The notes beneath the pieces are model-generated. The model saw only the letters and a program-made list of their open reading frames with translations, was not told the DNA's origin and ran no database searches. 64,000 nucleotides of DNA, taken from the NCBI GenBank assembly GCA_944390535.1, contig CALXQV010000017.1, positions 18,450-82,449 of the forward strand. The letters are read 5' to 3'. This stretch comes from an uncultured Clostridia bacterium. Lineage in GTDB: Bacteria > Bacillota > Clostridia > TANB77 > CAG-508. Below, piece after piece: positions 1 to 9,527 of this stretch. Both the position numbers and the translations under genes were made by a program. Within the stretch, counting starts at the first letter, position 1; each line of letters begins with the position of its first letter.

Positions 1-534
1 GTATTTCGTTTACATGTCATTGCTAATAGCGATTCTGATGTTGATCAAAATTTAAAATATACGGTAAGAGATCATTTATTAGAATATATGAATACACTAT
101 GTGTCGATTGCACTTCTAAAGAAGAAGCCATTGCACTTGCCAGTGAACATATTGAAGATTTTAAAAAAATTGCACTAGACACAATCAAAAAAGAAGGATT
201 TGATTATATGGTAAATATTCGTATTGGAAATTTTCAATTTCCTACCAAACACTACGGAGATATATCTTTTCCAGCAGGATATTATGATGCTTTAAAAGTA
301 GAAATTGGTGAAGCCAAAGGGCAAAATTGGTGGTGTGTCATGTTTCCTCCTTTATGCTTTGTAGATGCCTCTTCTGGTATTGTTCCTGAGGAATCCAAAG
401 AAGATTTAGAAAATTCGTTGACTGATGAGGAATTTTCTATTGTGTCTGACAATAATCAAGACTTTACGTTTACATTAAAATTTAAAATATTGGAAATTTT
501 GAACAATACGGGGTTAATTACTGCTAAAAAATAG
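1..534 (+). CDS. spoIIR: Stage II sporulation protein R (SpoIIR), 5' end outside the window
   Basis: Frame 1 is open from base 1 (VFRLHVIANSDSDVDQNLKYTVRD...) and runs into the listed ORF 88..534. The RLHVIANSDS and WWCVMFPPLCF motifs are typical of SpoIIR. Confidence 0.8.
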   Translation, partial: VFRLHVIANSDSDVDQNLKYTVRDHLLEYMNTLCVDCTSKEEAIALASEHIEDFKKIALDTIKKEGFDYMVNIRIGNFQFPTKHYGDISFPAGYYDALKVEIGEAKGQNWWCVMFPPLCFVDASSGIVPEESKEDLENSLTDEEFSIVSDNNQDFTFTLKFKILEILNNTGLITAKK

Positions 535-645
535 TTGCAATCTAAAATGGTTTATGATATATTTTATGGTGAGAGTAGAGTGTAAAATAATATACACTCT
601 ATTTTGTTTTAAATTGATAAACTATAATTATTGGGGGTATATACA

Positions 646-1905
646 TTGGAAAAATTAGTTGTAAAAGGACCTACACCATTAAAAGGAGAAGTGACAATTA
701 GTGGTGCTAAAAATGCTGCTGTTGCTATTTTACCAGCCACGCTTTTAATAGATGGTGTTTGTACAATAGAAAACTTACCAAATATTAGTGATATAAAAAT
801 ATCTTGTACCATATTAGAAAAATTAGGTGCAAAAATTACATGGAATGATGAACATAGTATTACAATTGATACATCAAATATCACAACAACAAAAGCACCT
901 TTAGATTTAACAAGTAAATTTAGAGCTTCTTACTATATGATTGGTGCTATGCTTAGTAGAAAAGGTGAAATTGAAGTTGGTATGCCTGGTGGTTGTAAAT
1001 TGGGTGCACGACCAATTGATCAACATATCAAAGGATTTGAATTATTAGGGGCAAATGTTACTGTGGAGAAAGGTAAAATTTATGCCAAAGCAAAAAAATT
1101 AAAAGGCTGTCCTATCTATATGGATATTGTATCTGTTGGTGCTACCATTAATGTTATGCTATCTGCTGTATTGGCCAAAGGCACAACGATTATTGATAAC
1201 GCCGCAAAAGAACCACATATCGTAGATGTTGCAAACTTTTTAAACACCATGGGAGCTGATATTAGAGGTGCTGGTACAGATGTTATTAAAATTAATGGTG
1301 TTGAAAGATTAAAAGGAAATGCAACCTATTCTGTTGTTCCCGACCAAATTGAAGCAGGTACCTTTATGCTTGCCGCCGTTGCAACAAAAGGAGATTTATT
1401 AATCAAAAATTGTATTACAAAACACTTAGAATCTATTACAGCTAAAATTTTAGAAATTGGTGGTAATGTAGAAGATAATGGAGATAGCATCCGTGTTTGG
1501 TGTAATAAAAGACCAAATAAAGCAACGATAAAAACTTTACCATATCCTGGATTTCCTACGGATTTACAGCCACAAATGGGTGTTGTTTTGTCTCTTGCAA
1601 ATGGGACAAGTACAATTAATGAAAGTATTTGGGATTCTAGATTCCAATATACAGAAGAATTAAATAAAATGGGTGCAAAAATTACTGCACAAGGAAAAAC
1701 TGCCTTTTTTGAAGGTGTCAAAAAATTGTCTGGAGCACCTGTATACTCTTCAGACTTAAGAGCTGGTGCTGCTTTAGTTATTGCTGGTACTGCTGCTGAA
1801 GGCGAAACAGAAATCTATAATTTAGAACATATTGATAGAGGATATGAAAATATAGAAGAAAAATTTAGAAGTATTGGTGCCAATATTCAAAGAATAACAG
1901 AATAG
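646..1905 (+). CDS. murA: UDP-N-acetylglucosamine 1-carboxyvinyltransferase
   Basis: Carries MurA hallmarks (ISGAKNAA, GGCKLGARPIDQHI, PGFPTDLQ, DRGYE). I prefer the TTG at 646 (MEKLVVKG), which follows a GGGGG Shine-Dalgarno, over the track start at 631. Confidence 0.9.
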   Translation: MEKLVVKGPTPLKGEVTISGAKNAAVAILPATLLIDGVCTIENLPNISDIKISCTILEKLGAKITWNDEHSITIDTSNITTTKAPLDLTSKFRASYYMIGAMLSRKGEIEVGMPGGCKLGARPIDQHIKGFELLGANVTVEKGKIYAKAKKLKGCPIYMDIVSVGATINVMLSAVLAKGTTIIDNAAKEPHIVDVANFLNTMGADIRGAGTDVIKINGVERLKGNATYSVVPDQIEAGTFMLAAVATKGDLLIKNCITKHLESITAKILEIGGNVEDNGDSIRVWCNKRPNKATIKTLPYPGFPTDLQPQMGVVLSLANGTSTINESIWDSRFQYTEELNKMGAKITAQGKTAFFEGVKKLSGAPVYSSDLRAGAALVIAGTAAEGETEIYNLEHIDRGYENIEEKFRSIGANIQRITE

Positions 1906-1987
1906 AAAACAACCAATAGAAAACAACCAAATGAAAAAAACAACAAAACAAAAAATAGAAATAAACAAAGGAAAGAGATTGAAAAAA

Positions 1988-2776
1988 ATGCTGAATTTTT
2001 GTAGTTTATATAGTGGAAGTAGTGGAAATAGTCTATTTGTTGAAACCAACAACACAAAATTGCTAATTGATGCAGGTGTTAGTAGTAAAAAAATAGAAAA
2101 AGCCTTAACAGACTTATCTATTGACCCTTGTACCTTAGATGGTATTTTAGTCACACATGAACATTCTGACCACGTACAAGGATTAGGTACTTTTTCTAAA
2201 AAGTTTGATTTACCTGTATTTGTTAATCAAGAAACACTAGATGCTATGCCAAAACAAAGAGATAAAATTGCTGATAAAAATATAAAAAAATTTAAAGTTG
2301 CAGAAAAATTTTCCATAGGTGATCTGGATATTAATCCATTCTCTATACCACATGATGCAGCAAATCCTTGTGGATTCACAATTTTAAACGAAAACAAAAA
2401 AATAAGTATTGCAACAGATATCGGACATATGACAAATGATATTTTAAAAAACTTAGAAGAAAGCTTATTTGTGATGCTAGAATCTAACTATGACCCAGAA
2501 GTTTTAAAATGTTCATCATATCCATTTTCATTAAAATCTAGAATTGCTGGTCCATCAGGGCATTTATCAAACCAAATTGCTGGAAAAACAATATCTTTTT
2601 TATTAAAATCTGGCTTAAAAAATGCCATGCTAGGTCACTTAAGCAAAGAAAGTAATTTCCCAGAGCTTGCTTACAAAACAGTTATCGAAGAATTAATCGC
2701 TAATAATTATAATGAAAATTCTTTAGCATTATCTGTCGCAGGTAGAGATACGCATAGTAAATTAGTAACTATTTAG
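1988..2776 (+). CDS. MBL-fold metallo-hydrolase (YycJ/WalJ-like)
   Basis: HEHSDH motif and an N-terminus MLNFCSLYSGSSGNS typical of the family. The ATG at 1988 follows GGAAAGAG. The track ORF starts at 1931 with a Lys-rich extension. Confidence 0.75.
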   Translation: MLNFCSLYSGSSGNSLFVETNNTKLLIDAGVSSKKIEKALTDLSIDPCTLDGILVTHEHSDHVQGLGTFSKKFDLPVFVNQETLDAMPKQRDKIADKNIKKFKVAEKFSIGDLDINPFSIPHDAANPCGFTILNENKKISIATDIGHMTNDILKNLEESLFVMLESNYDPEVLKCSSYPFSLKSRIAGPSGHLSNQIAGKTISFLLKSGLKNAMLGHLSKESNFPELAYKTVIEELIANNYNENSLALSVAGRDTHSKLVTI

Positions 2777-2806
2777 AACTTTAGGGACAGTCCTTAAAGT
2801 TCTTTC
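2776..2806 (+). terminator. Intrinsic terminator after the MBL hydrolase gene
   Basis: A 12-bp stem gaactttaggga/tccttaaagttc with a 3-nt loop, followed by ttt. Confidence 0.6.
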
Positions 2807-2940
2807 CACTTCTTTGAGAACATAAATATATAGTTTAATTGGTGAAATAAACAAAGGATAGATTTCATGAAGTGAGCTTTGCCCACATCATATATATTTC
2901 GTATATTAGAAAATTATTTTTAATTTGAAAGGAGTATTGT

Positions 2941-3420
2941 ATGCTAACAATAAATATTATATGTATTGGAAAAATAAAAGAAACCTATTTAAAAGATGCC
3001 ATAAACGAATATTCTAAAAGGCTAAGTAAATATTGTAAATTATCTATTGTAGAATTGCCAGATGAAAAAATACCAGACAAATTGAATGAAAGTCTTTCTA
3101 ATGAAATAAAAAATAAAGAATCTAATGCTATTTTAAGCCACATAAAAAAAGACTCCTATATCATTTGTTTAGATTTAACAGGCACCGAACTTTCTTCTGA
3201 AGAGTTTTCTAAAACCATAGAAAATTTGTCTTTACAAACAAGTCAAATTACTTTTGTGATTGGTGGTTCTTTAGGTCTTTCTTCTGATATATTAAAAAAA
3301 TCCCACCAAAAGATATGTTTTTCAAAAATGACATTTCCTCATCAGTTGATTCGTGTTTTTTTATTAGAGCAGTTATTTAGAGGATTTAAAATATCGAATG
3401 GTGAAACTTATCATAGATAA
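2941..3420 (+). CDS. rlmH: 23S rRNA (pseudouridine1915-N3)-methyltransferase RlmH
   Basis: 159 aa with SPOUT-type RlmH signatures (INIICIGKIKE, VIGGSLG, SKMTFPHQL). An AGGAG Shine-Dalgarno lies upstream. Confidence 0.9.
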   Translation: MLTINIICIGKIKETYLKDAINEYSKRLSKYCKLSIVELPDEKIPDKLNESLSNEIKNKESNAILSHIKKDSYIICLDLTGTELSSEEFSKTIENLSLQTSQITFVIGGSLGLSSDILKKSHQKICFSKMTFPHQLIRVFLLEQLFRGFKISNGETYHR

Positions 3421-3724
3421 ATATATATTATATTGTAGAGAAAATAACATAGAAAAAAAATATTTAAAATATTATAGGGGCAAAAAATTTTAAAATACTA
3501 ATTATGGGGGATTTGTTATTTCCTCTACAAAATTAAAAACATAGTTATTTTGAATTTTTTTCTGATTTTAAAATTCTATAAAATAATATTTTCACAATCA
3601 TTATTCTTATTATAAAAAAAATTGAAATAAATAATACCATTTTAAATAACATTTGATTTGAATATCCTTATTGATTTAATTTCCATAATTATACAATATA
3701 TGTAAAATATTGTCAAGAAAAACT

Positions 3725-4255
3725 TTACGACAAAAAACGACATACAACAATACTTGTAATAATACCAACAATATCTGCCGTTAGTGCTGCTATTAACACA
3801 AACCTTGTTTTTTTTATCTTTATACTTGAAGAATATATCGCTATGGTATATAACGTTGTTTCTGTTGCCCCCATAATAACAGCTGCCATTATCCCTATTT
3901 GACTATCGACTCCAAAATTTTTCATGATATCTGTTGCAACTGCTATGGAACTACTTCCTGATATTGGTCTTAAGAGTGCTAAAGGCATAATTTCTGTTGG
4001 AAAATTTACTATATTTAATAATGGTTCTACTAATTTAATCGCTATATCTATCACGCCTGAACTTCTTAAAGCCCCCACTGCCAAAAATAATCCTATCAGT
4101 GTAGGAAAAATATTAATAACAATTTTTATACCATCTTTTGCTCCTTCAATAAATTTATCAAAAACTTCCTTTTTTTCTATAACACCATATATGACAACTA
4201 ATAATATTATTAATGGCATTGCCAAACTAGATAAATAATTCATTATCTCAATCAT
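3725..4255 (-). CDS. spmB: Spore maturation protein B (nucleoside-recognition domain membrane protein)
   Basis: 176-aa polytopic membrane protein whose start overlaps the spmA stop (ATGA). It has the family motif LLRPISGSSSIAV. Confidence 0.8.
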   Translation of the reverse strand: MIEIMNYLSSLAMPLIILLVVIYGVIEKKEVFDKFIEGAKDGIKIVINIFPTLIGLFLAVGALRSSGVIDIAIKLVEPLLNIVNFPTEIMPLALLRPISGSSSIAVATDIMKNFGVDSQIGIMAAVIMGATETTLYTIAIYSSSIKIKKTRFVLIAALTADIVGIITSIVVCRFLS

Positions 4256-4857
4256 ATTTTCTCCCTTTTATTAGAATAATAAATAAGTAATTTTGTTACA
4301 GTTATTCCTGCAATTGCTGCACAAACGGTTGCAATCCATACTGGAACAATAATAGCAGTTGGATTTTCTGCTCCTAATGAACTCCTTATTGCAATAATTG
4401 TCGTTGGAACTAATTGGATGGATGCTGTATTTAATACAATTAGCATAATCATAGAATTACTTAATTCTTTCTTATTTTTATTTTCCTTTTGTAAAGTGTC
4501 CATTGCTTTTAATCCTAATGGTGTGGCTGCATTTCCCAATCCTAAAATATTTGCTATCATATTCATTGAAATTTCATTTTGTGCTTTTGGATTTTCTTTT
4601 ATTTCTGGAAAAAGCATTTTTATTACTGGTTTAAGTAATTTATTCATTATTTTCATGATGCTAGTGTTTGCCGCAACATTAATAATTCCACTCCATAGGC
4701 ACATTGTGCCTAACATGGTTATACTTAAACTTACTGCACTTTCTACACTATCAAATATACTAGTATTTAAATTTTGTAAATTGCCTGAAAAAATTGCGTA
4801 TGAAAATGATATTATTATGAAAATTGGCCAAACTAAATTTAACATATTTACCACCAA
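4252..4857 (-). CDS. spmA: Spore maturation protein A
   Basis: Contains the LFPEI...NILGLGNAATPLGLKAM motif typical of SpmA. It ends with a TGA that overlaps the spmB ATG. Confidence 0.8.
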   Translation of the reverse strand: MVVNMLNLVWPIFIIISFSYAIFSGNLQNLNTSIFDSVESAVSLSITMLGTMCLWSGIINVAANTSIMKIMNKLLKPVIKMLFPEIKENPKAQNEISMNMIANILGLGNAATPLGLKAMDTLQKENKNKKELSNSMIMLIVLNTASIQLVPTTIIAIRSSLGAENPTAIIVPVWIATVCAAIAGITVTKLLIYYSNKREKI

Positions 4858-4897
4858 AATAATTTTATTCTATTATCAATTTTTTATTACTTTTTAA

Positions 4898-4926
4898 TTG
4901 ACCTAGGTTTCTATTTGTGATATAGT
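4898..4926 (+). promoter_or_regulatory. Sigma-A type promoter upstream of abrB
   Basis: TTGACC, a 17-nt spacer, then TATAGT, about 50 nt upstream of the GGGGGG Shine-Dalgarno and the ATG at 4976. Confidence 0.5.
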
Positions 4927-4975
4927 AACAATGTATATAGGGTTGTAAATTAACTTTTTAAGGGGGGATAAACTT

Positions 4976-5230
4976 ATGAAATCAACAGGGATTATTCGAA
5001 AAGTAGATGAACTAGGAAGAGTAGTTATTCCTATCGAAATCAGAAATCAATTTAATATTGCTGAAAAAGATCCTATTGAAATATATGTTGATGGTTCATT
5101 AATTGTATTAAAAAAATATGAACCAAATTGTATTTTTTGTGGAAATACTGAAAATTTAATGAGTTATAATGATAAATTAATTTGTAAAGACTGTTCAAAG
5201 AAAATAAGCGAATTAAAACCAAATACGTAA
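4976..5230 (+). CDS. abrB: AbrB/SpoVT-family transition-state regulator
   Basis: The N-terminus MKSTGIIRKVDELGRVVIPIEIR is the canonical AbrB swapped-hairpin domain. Confidence 0.85.
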   Translation: MKSTGIIRKVDELGRVVIPIEIRNQFNIAEKDPIEIYVDGSLIVLKKYEPNCIFCGNTENLMSYNDKLICKDCSKKISELKPNT

Positions 5231-5239
5231 ATATAAAAA

Positions 5240-5287
5240 TGAACCCAAATTATTAGACAAACGTTTAATAACACGGGTTCACTTTTT
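5240..5287. terminator. Bidirectional hairpin between the convergent abrB and rsmI genes
   Basis: Outer stem tgaaccc...gggttca with an inner ttatta/taataa pairing, followed by ctttttatttt. Confidence 0.45.
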
Positions 5288-5315
5288 ATTTTGCTCATAC
5301 TAAAAAATCCATATT

Positions 5316-6161
5316 TTAATCTTTATGTATAAATTTTTGATATATTTCATTTTTATTAACATTTCTGTCTTTTGCTATTTGTTTAATAATATCTTTTTTG
5401 TTCCATCCTTTTTCTTTATAATATCTATAATGTTCTTCTAAAGATAATGCTAATAACGTATTATCTTCTTGTTTCTTACTACCTTCTATAATAAGAACAA
5501 TTTCTCCTTTCAATCCTTTAGCCTTTTCAATTAATGTGTCTATATCTTCTCTTATATATTCCTCATGTATTTTTGTCAATTCTCTTGCTAATACAATTTT
5601 TCTATTCTCAATGATTTCTTTTAAATCGTTTAATGTTGCTTCTAGTTTATGTGGTGCTTCATATAAAATTGTTGTCTTTGTGGCAGTTTTAATTTCGTTT
5701 AATTTTTCTTTTCTATTTTTCTTATTTAATGGTAGAAATCCCATAAATATAAACTCTTTTGTATCTAGCCCTGAACAGATTAATGCATTAATCATTGCAC
5801 AAGCTCCTGGAATAGATATAACCTGTATCCCCTCTTCTATGCATTTTTTGATAACTTCTTCTCCTGGATCACAAATTCCTGGAGTTCCTGCATCAGAAAC
5901 AAGTGCTATCTGTTTTCCCTGCTTTAATTCTTTTATTAATATTTCTGTTTTCACTTCTTCATTATGTCTATGATAACTCATTAATGGTTTTGATATTTCT
6001 AAATGATTTAACAATTTCAAAGTATGTCTAGTATCTTCTGCTGCTATGAAATCTACTTCTTTTAATATGTTTATTGCTCTTAATGTCATATCTTCTAAAT
6101 TTCCTATTGGTGTTGCAACTATATATAAGGTTCCTATCTCTTTTTGATTAACTTCTTTCAT
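5316..6161 (-). CDS. rsmI: 16S rRNA (cytidine1402-2'-O)-methyltransferase RsmI
   Basis: GTLYIVATPIGNLEDMTLRA and AAEDTRHT motifs. Confidence 0.9.
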   Translation of the reverse strand: MKEVNQKEIGTLYIVATPIGNLEDMTLRAINILKEVDFIAAEDTRHTLKLLNHLEISKPLMSYHRHNEEVKTEILIKELKQGKQIALVSDAGTPGICDPGEEVIKKCIEEGIQVISIPGACAMINALICSGLDTKEFIFMGFLPLNKKNRKEKLNEIKTATKTTILYEAPHKLEATLNDLKEIIENRKIVLARELTKIHEEYIREDIDTLIEKAKGLKGEIVLIIEGSKKQEDNTLLALSLEEHYRYYKEKGWNKKDIIKQIAKDRNVNKNEIYQKFIHKD

Positions 6162-6203
6162 TCTTTATTCCCTTCTTTATTCCCTTCTTTTTAATTTATT
6201 GTA

Positions 6204-6965
6204 TTATTTTTTATTGCTTTCCTTATGATAAATTTTTAAAATCTCCTCTGTATAATTTCCGTTTTCATCATAAATATATAAATTTTTCTCCAATTTCAAA
6301 AATGGTTTTGCATTTTTTATTCCTTGTATTAAAACCAGTTTTGATACTGCATGGATATTAGAATAAACAAATCGTATTCTTTTTGGTTCTATTTTATATT
6401 TTCTCATCATAGACATTAAATCAACTAATCTTTCTGGTCTATAAACAATATACAATTCTCCTTTATCTTTTAACATATCTTTCGAAACCCTGATAAAATC
6501 TTCTAAATTTGCTTCAATTTCATGTCTAGAAATTAACTTTCTTGTATCTTCATTTTGTATTCCTGTTTCTTTCTTTTTATATGGCGGATTTGTTACAATA
6601 GCGTCAAATGTATTTTTTTCAAAATGTTGATGTAAGTTTGTTATATTATCTCTTATTATTTTGAATTTATCTTCTAGATGATTTAATTGTATACTTCTCT
6701 TCGCCATTTCATATACTTCTTCTTGAACTTCTATTCCTATCATTTCTGATAATTCTGTTTTTGCACATAATAAAGTGGCAATAATACCTGTACCAGTTCC
6801 TAAATCTAATACTCTGGCACCTTTTTTTATTTGTTTTGCAAAATCAGAAAGCAATATACTGTCTATTCCAAAACAAAATCCTTCTTTATTTTGAATGATT
6901 TTTAAATCTTTATATTCTAAGTCATCGATTCTTTCATTTTCTTTTAATTCTATATTCTCTTCCAT
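6204..6965 (-). CDS. SAM-dependent methyltransferase, tRNA (adenine-N6)-methyltransferase (TrmN6/YfiC)-like
   Basis: VLDLGTGTGII SAM-binding motif plus an NPPY catalytic motif. This gene is a usual neighbour of rsmI in Firmicutes. Confidence 0.7.
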   Translation of the reverse strand: MEENIELKENERIDDLEYKDLKIIQNKEGFCFGIDSILLSDFAKQIKKGARVLDLGTGTGIIATLLCAKTELSEMIGIEVQEEVYEMAKRSIQLNHLEDKFKIIRDNITNLHQHFEKNTFDAIVTNPPYKKKETGIQNEDTRKLISRHEIEANLEDFIRVSKDMLKDKGELYIVYRPERLVDLMSMMRKYKIEPKRIRFVYSNIHAVSKLVLIQGIKNAKPFLKLEKNLYIYDENGNYTEEILKIYHKESNKK

Positions 6966-7094
6966 CTTTATTCCTTTTTATTTATTTTTGTCATATTGTA
7001 TCACATTAACATAATGTTTGTAAATATTTCTTTTCATAACATCTTTTTTTGATATTTCATATACTATATATATAGAAGTTTTTGGGGTGATTTC

Positions 7095-7277
7095 ATGGAT
7101 AAAAAAATAATTAAAAATATAGAAAATAGAGGCGGAAAATGTCCACCTCCTAAAAAGAAATTTAATTTTAAGTGTTGCAAAGATAATACGCTTAAATCTT
7201 TACATGAAGTCGAATATTTTTTAAATCATTTTAATCGATTTATCAAGTATATTAAATTATATAAAATATTACGATAA
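7095..7277 (+). CDS. Hypothetical small basic protein
   Basis: 60-aa ORF preceded by a GGGGTG Shine-Dalgarno. No family recognised. Confidence 0.3.
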   Translation: MDKKIIKNIENRGGKCPPPKKKFNFKCCKDNTLKSLHEVEYFLNHFNRFIKYIKLYKILR

Positions 7278-7285
7278 TTACTATG

Positions 7286-7438
7286 CAAAGTTAGACTCAT
7301 TATATCGTATTTTGAAACACTGCATAAGTAACCAAACGAACGAATGTAAGTGCGATTGGAGCAACCTACGCTTATATTTTAATTTGTGGATTGCGACACA
7401 CAAAGTGTAAAAAATACGATATAATGAGTCTAACTTTG
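7286..7438. repeat. 153-nt element closed by a perfect 28-bp inverted repeat (candidate structured RNA)
   Basis: The arm caaagttagactcattatatcgtatttt (7286-7313) is the exact reverse complement of 7411-7438. Pairing extends through acac/gtgt, and the interior is comparatively GC-rich. Confidence 0.6.
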
Positions 7439-7464
7439 AATGGTAACAAATCATTTATTAATTT

Positions 7465-8001
7465 TTATTTTAAAGTATATATTTCACTAAATTCTTCATT
7501 CTCTTCTCCATCGATTAAGATTTTAATAGAATTTACTTCTGTTAATTGTGTCAAAGTTTTTACTAAACTATCTATCATATTTTGTTTTACTGTTGAATCT
7601 TCTTTATCATAATTTAAAAGCTCACTTGAAAAATCCAAATATACCATATCTTTTTCTTTATATGTTTGATTTAATTTGGTGTTTTCTGGAATTAATTTTG
7701 TGTATTTTTCGTTTTTCGGACCTTCTATTAGCATATTGACTAATTTATCATAAGGCGTATTCATGATTTCTTTAATATCTACCAATCTTGCTTCAGGTGC
7801 TAATTCTTTTGTTTCTTTTTCTAAGAAATATAAACTGACGATCGTTTGTCTATTTTGTTCTTCTGTGATTTCTTCCTCTGGTGTATACTCTTCTATTGTT
7901 GTTTCCTCTTCTTGTCCTTTAAAGTACTGGATAATGAAATATCCTCCTACTAAAATAACTATTAATAAAACTGTAAAAATAATCACTATTTTTTTATTCA
8001 T
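7465..8001 (-). CDS. GerM-domain sporulation/germination protein, membrane anchored
   Basis: An N-terminal TM helix followed by a GerMN-like domain (LYFLEK...EGP...IPENTKL...VYLDFS...SLVKTLTQL...V.ILIDGE). Confidence 0.65.
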   Translation of the reverse strand: MNKKIVIIFTVLLIVILVGGYFIIQYFKGQEEETTIEEYTPEEEITEEQNRQTIVSLYFLEKETKELAPEARLVDIKEIMNTPYDKLVNMLIEGPKNEKYTKLIPENTKLNQTYKEKDMVYLDFSSELLNYDKEDSTVKQNMIDSLVKTLTQLTEVNSIKILIDGEENEEFSEIYTLK

Positions 8002-8157
8002 ATTGCTTTCTTCCTTTCATTTTTTATTCGTTTTATTTATTACCTATTGTATTATTTGTTTGTCCTTTTTAGAACATTTTAATTTATTTTTAAATGCATT
8101 TCCTACCTCACACAAAAAGACAATTAGAAATCTTTTGTCTCTAATTGTCTTTATAAA

Positions 8158-8832
8158 TTACATTCTACATATTTTTAAAACTAAACACCGCAAATCTTCT
8201 AACTCTTTTTCAAATTCAGACTGTATTTTTAAAAAAAATTCTTTTATTTTGTTCCAGTCATATTCCACATAAGTCTTTGGTAATATTTCTTCTTCAGCAT
8301 CTTCAAAATAAGTCAATCCCATAACTATATTTACATAATTTATATGATTTCCACATTTTTTTATTAACCCTTCTGCTAATTGAGATATAGAAATATGACA
8401 TTTTTGAATAATATGATATAAATCAAAAAAATCCTTTTTTGAACCTCTTCCTCCAATTGCAATTATTTTCATAATTGCTATATCTAAAATACTTGCCATT
8501 TTCAATTTTGGCATCTCTTCTACTTTTATCATATCATCTACTAAAAGATTTGGGTAATAAAAAAAGCTAACTTGAACACCATCTAATATTAAATCACATG
8601 TTCCTTTTTGATTTTGTTGTATTTCAATTTTTCCTATTTTTTCTAACTCTTCGATAATGACCTCATTATTAAATGGTTCAGATACGCAAAAATCAAAATC
8701 AAAAGATTCTCTTAATTCTAACTGTAATGATAAAGCAGTTCCTCCTACCATATAATAGTTTTGTAAGCTAATGGTATCTGTTATCTTTTTTAACAATGCA
8801 TATCTATTTTTATCTAATATATTCCAATACAT
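8158..8832 (-). CDS. Nucleotidyltransferase AbiEii/AbiGii toxin-family protein
   Basis: The motif MVGGTALSLQLELRESFDFDF matches the AbiEii nucleotidyltransferase core. The start overlaps the stop of the upstream small ORF. An in-frame CGG lies 9 codons before the stop (8188-8190). Confidence 0.65.
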   Translation of the reverse strand: MYWNILDKNRYALLKKITDTISLQNYYMVGGTALSLQLELRESFDFDFCVSEPFNNEVIIEELEKIGKIEIQQNQKGTCDLILDGVQVSFFYYPNLLVDDMIKVEEMPKLKMASILDIAIMKIIAIGGRGSKKDFFDLYHIIQKCHISISQLAEGLIKKCGNHINYVNIVMGLTYFEDAEEEILPKTYVEYDWNKIKEFFLKIQSEFEKELEDLRCLVLKICRM

Positions 8833-9128
8833 TAATAATTCTCCCTTCCAAATTCATAATTTAATGCTTTACTTGTTTTATAATACATCATTTGTTCTTT
8901 TTTTAGATGAAATTGTTGTCTTAAATAATTCGCAACCAAAGGATTTAAATTTCTACTTTTTTTTGCTACTTCTTCAATATCTGTCTTATTATATGTTTGT
9001 TTTATCCATTTTATTGTTTTTAAATTGCCATAGCAATACAGTCTAGATATAATATATCTTTTATTTTTTTCTAAATCTAATTTTTCAAATTCTACATCCC
9101 AAAAATACTTTTTAAATTCTGTTGGCAT
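8832..9128 (-). CDS. Small partner ORF of the AbiEii-like gene (putative antitoxin or regulator)
   Basis: 98 aa, translationally coupled to the downstream gene through a TAATG overlap. Family not confidently recognised. Confidence 0.4.
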   Translation of the reverse strand: MPTEFKKYFWDVEFEKLDLEKNKRYIISRLYCYGNLKTIKWIKQTYNKTDIEEVAKKSRNLNPLVANYLRQQFHLKKEQMMYYKTSKALNYEFGRENY

Positions 9129-9449
9129 TTATAACACCTCACTAAAATTGATATATTAATATTATAACAAATAATCATTTGGAATACAATTATTTGAAAA
9201 ATTTAATTAGGGTAAAATAATCCTCTGATAATATTTGGAAATATGATAATTTTAATACATTTTTTACTAAAAATTTTATTAAAATTCATATAAATAAGAA
9301 AATTTTTGTGTCTAATTTTTTATAAAAATACTTAATTGGTAAAAAATGTAAGAAAATTATTTTACCCTAAAATTTAATTGCAATTTATTTAATCGATTTT
9401 GTTGCCGAAATGGCACAGTTCCTTTGGCAACTTTTACAGCTTTTTCCAT

Positions 9450-9478
9450 TTGACAAAAGTGGCTTTTCCGTATACAAT
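9450..9478 (+). promoter_or_regulatory. Sigma-A type promoter of the 1453-aa gene
   Basis: TTGACA, a 17-nt spacer, then TACAAT. The -10 overlaps one copy of the repeated motif AATTAGGGTAAA. Confidence 0.55.
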
Positions 9479-9527
9479 TAGGGTAAATTAGGATGTAAAT
9501 TTTATATACAAAAAAGGAGTTTTTGTC

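Noticed and set aside
7286-7438. Identifying the long hairpin element as 6S RNA or SRP RNA.
   Set aside because: It is shorter than typical 6S RNA. A perfect 28-bp closing helix is atypical. No central-bubble arrangement or SRP domain IV consensus could be recognised. It is kept only as an unclassified structured element.
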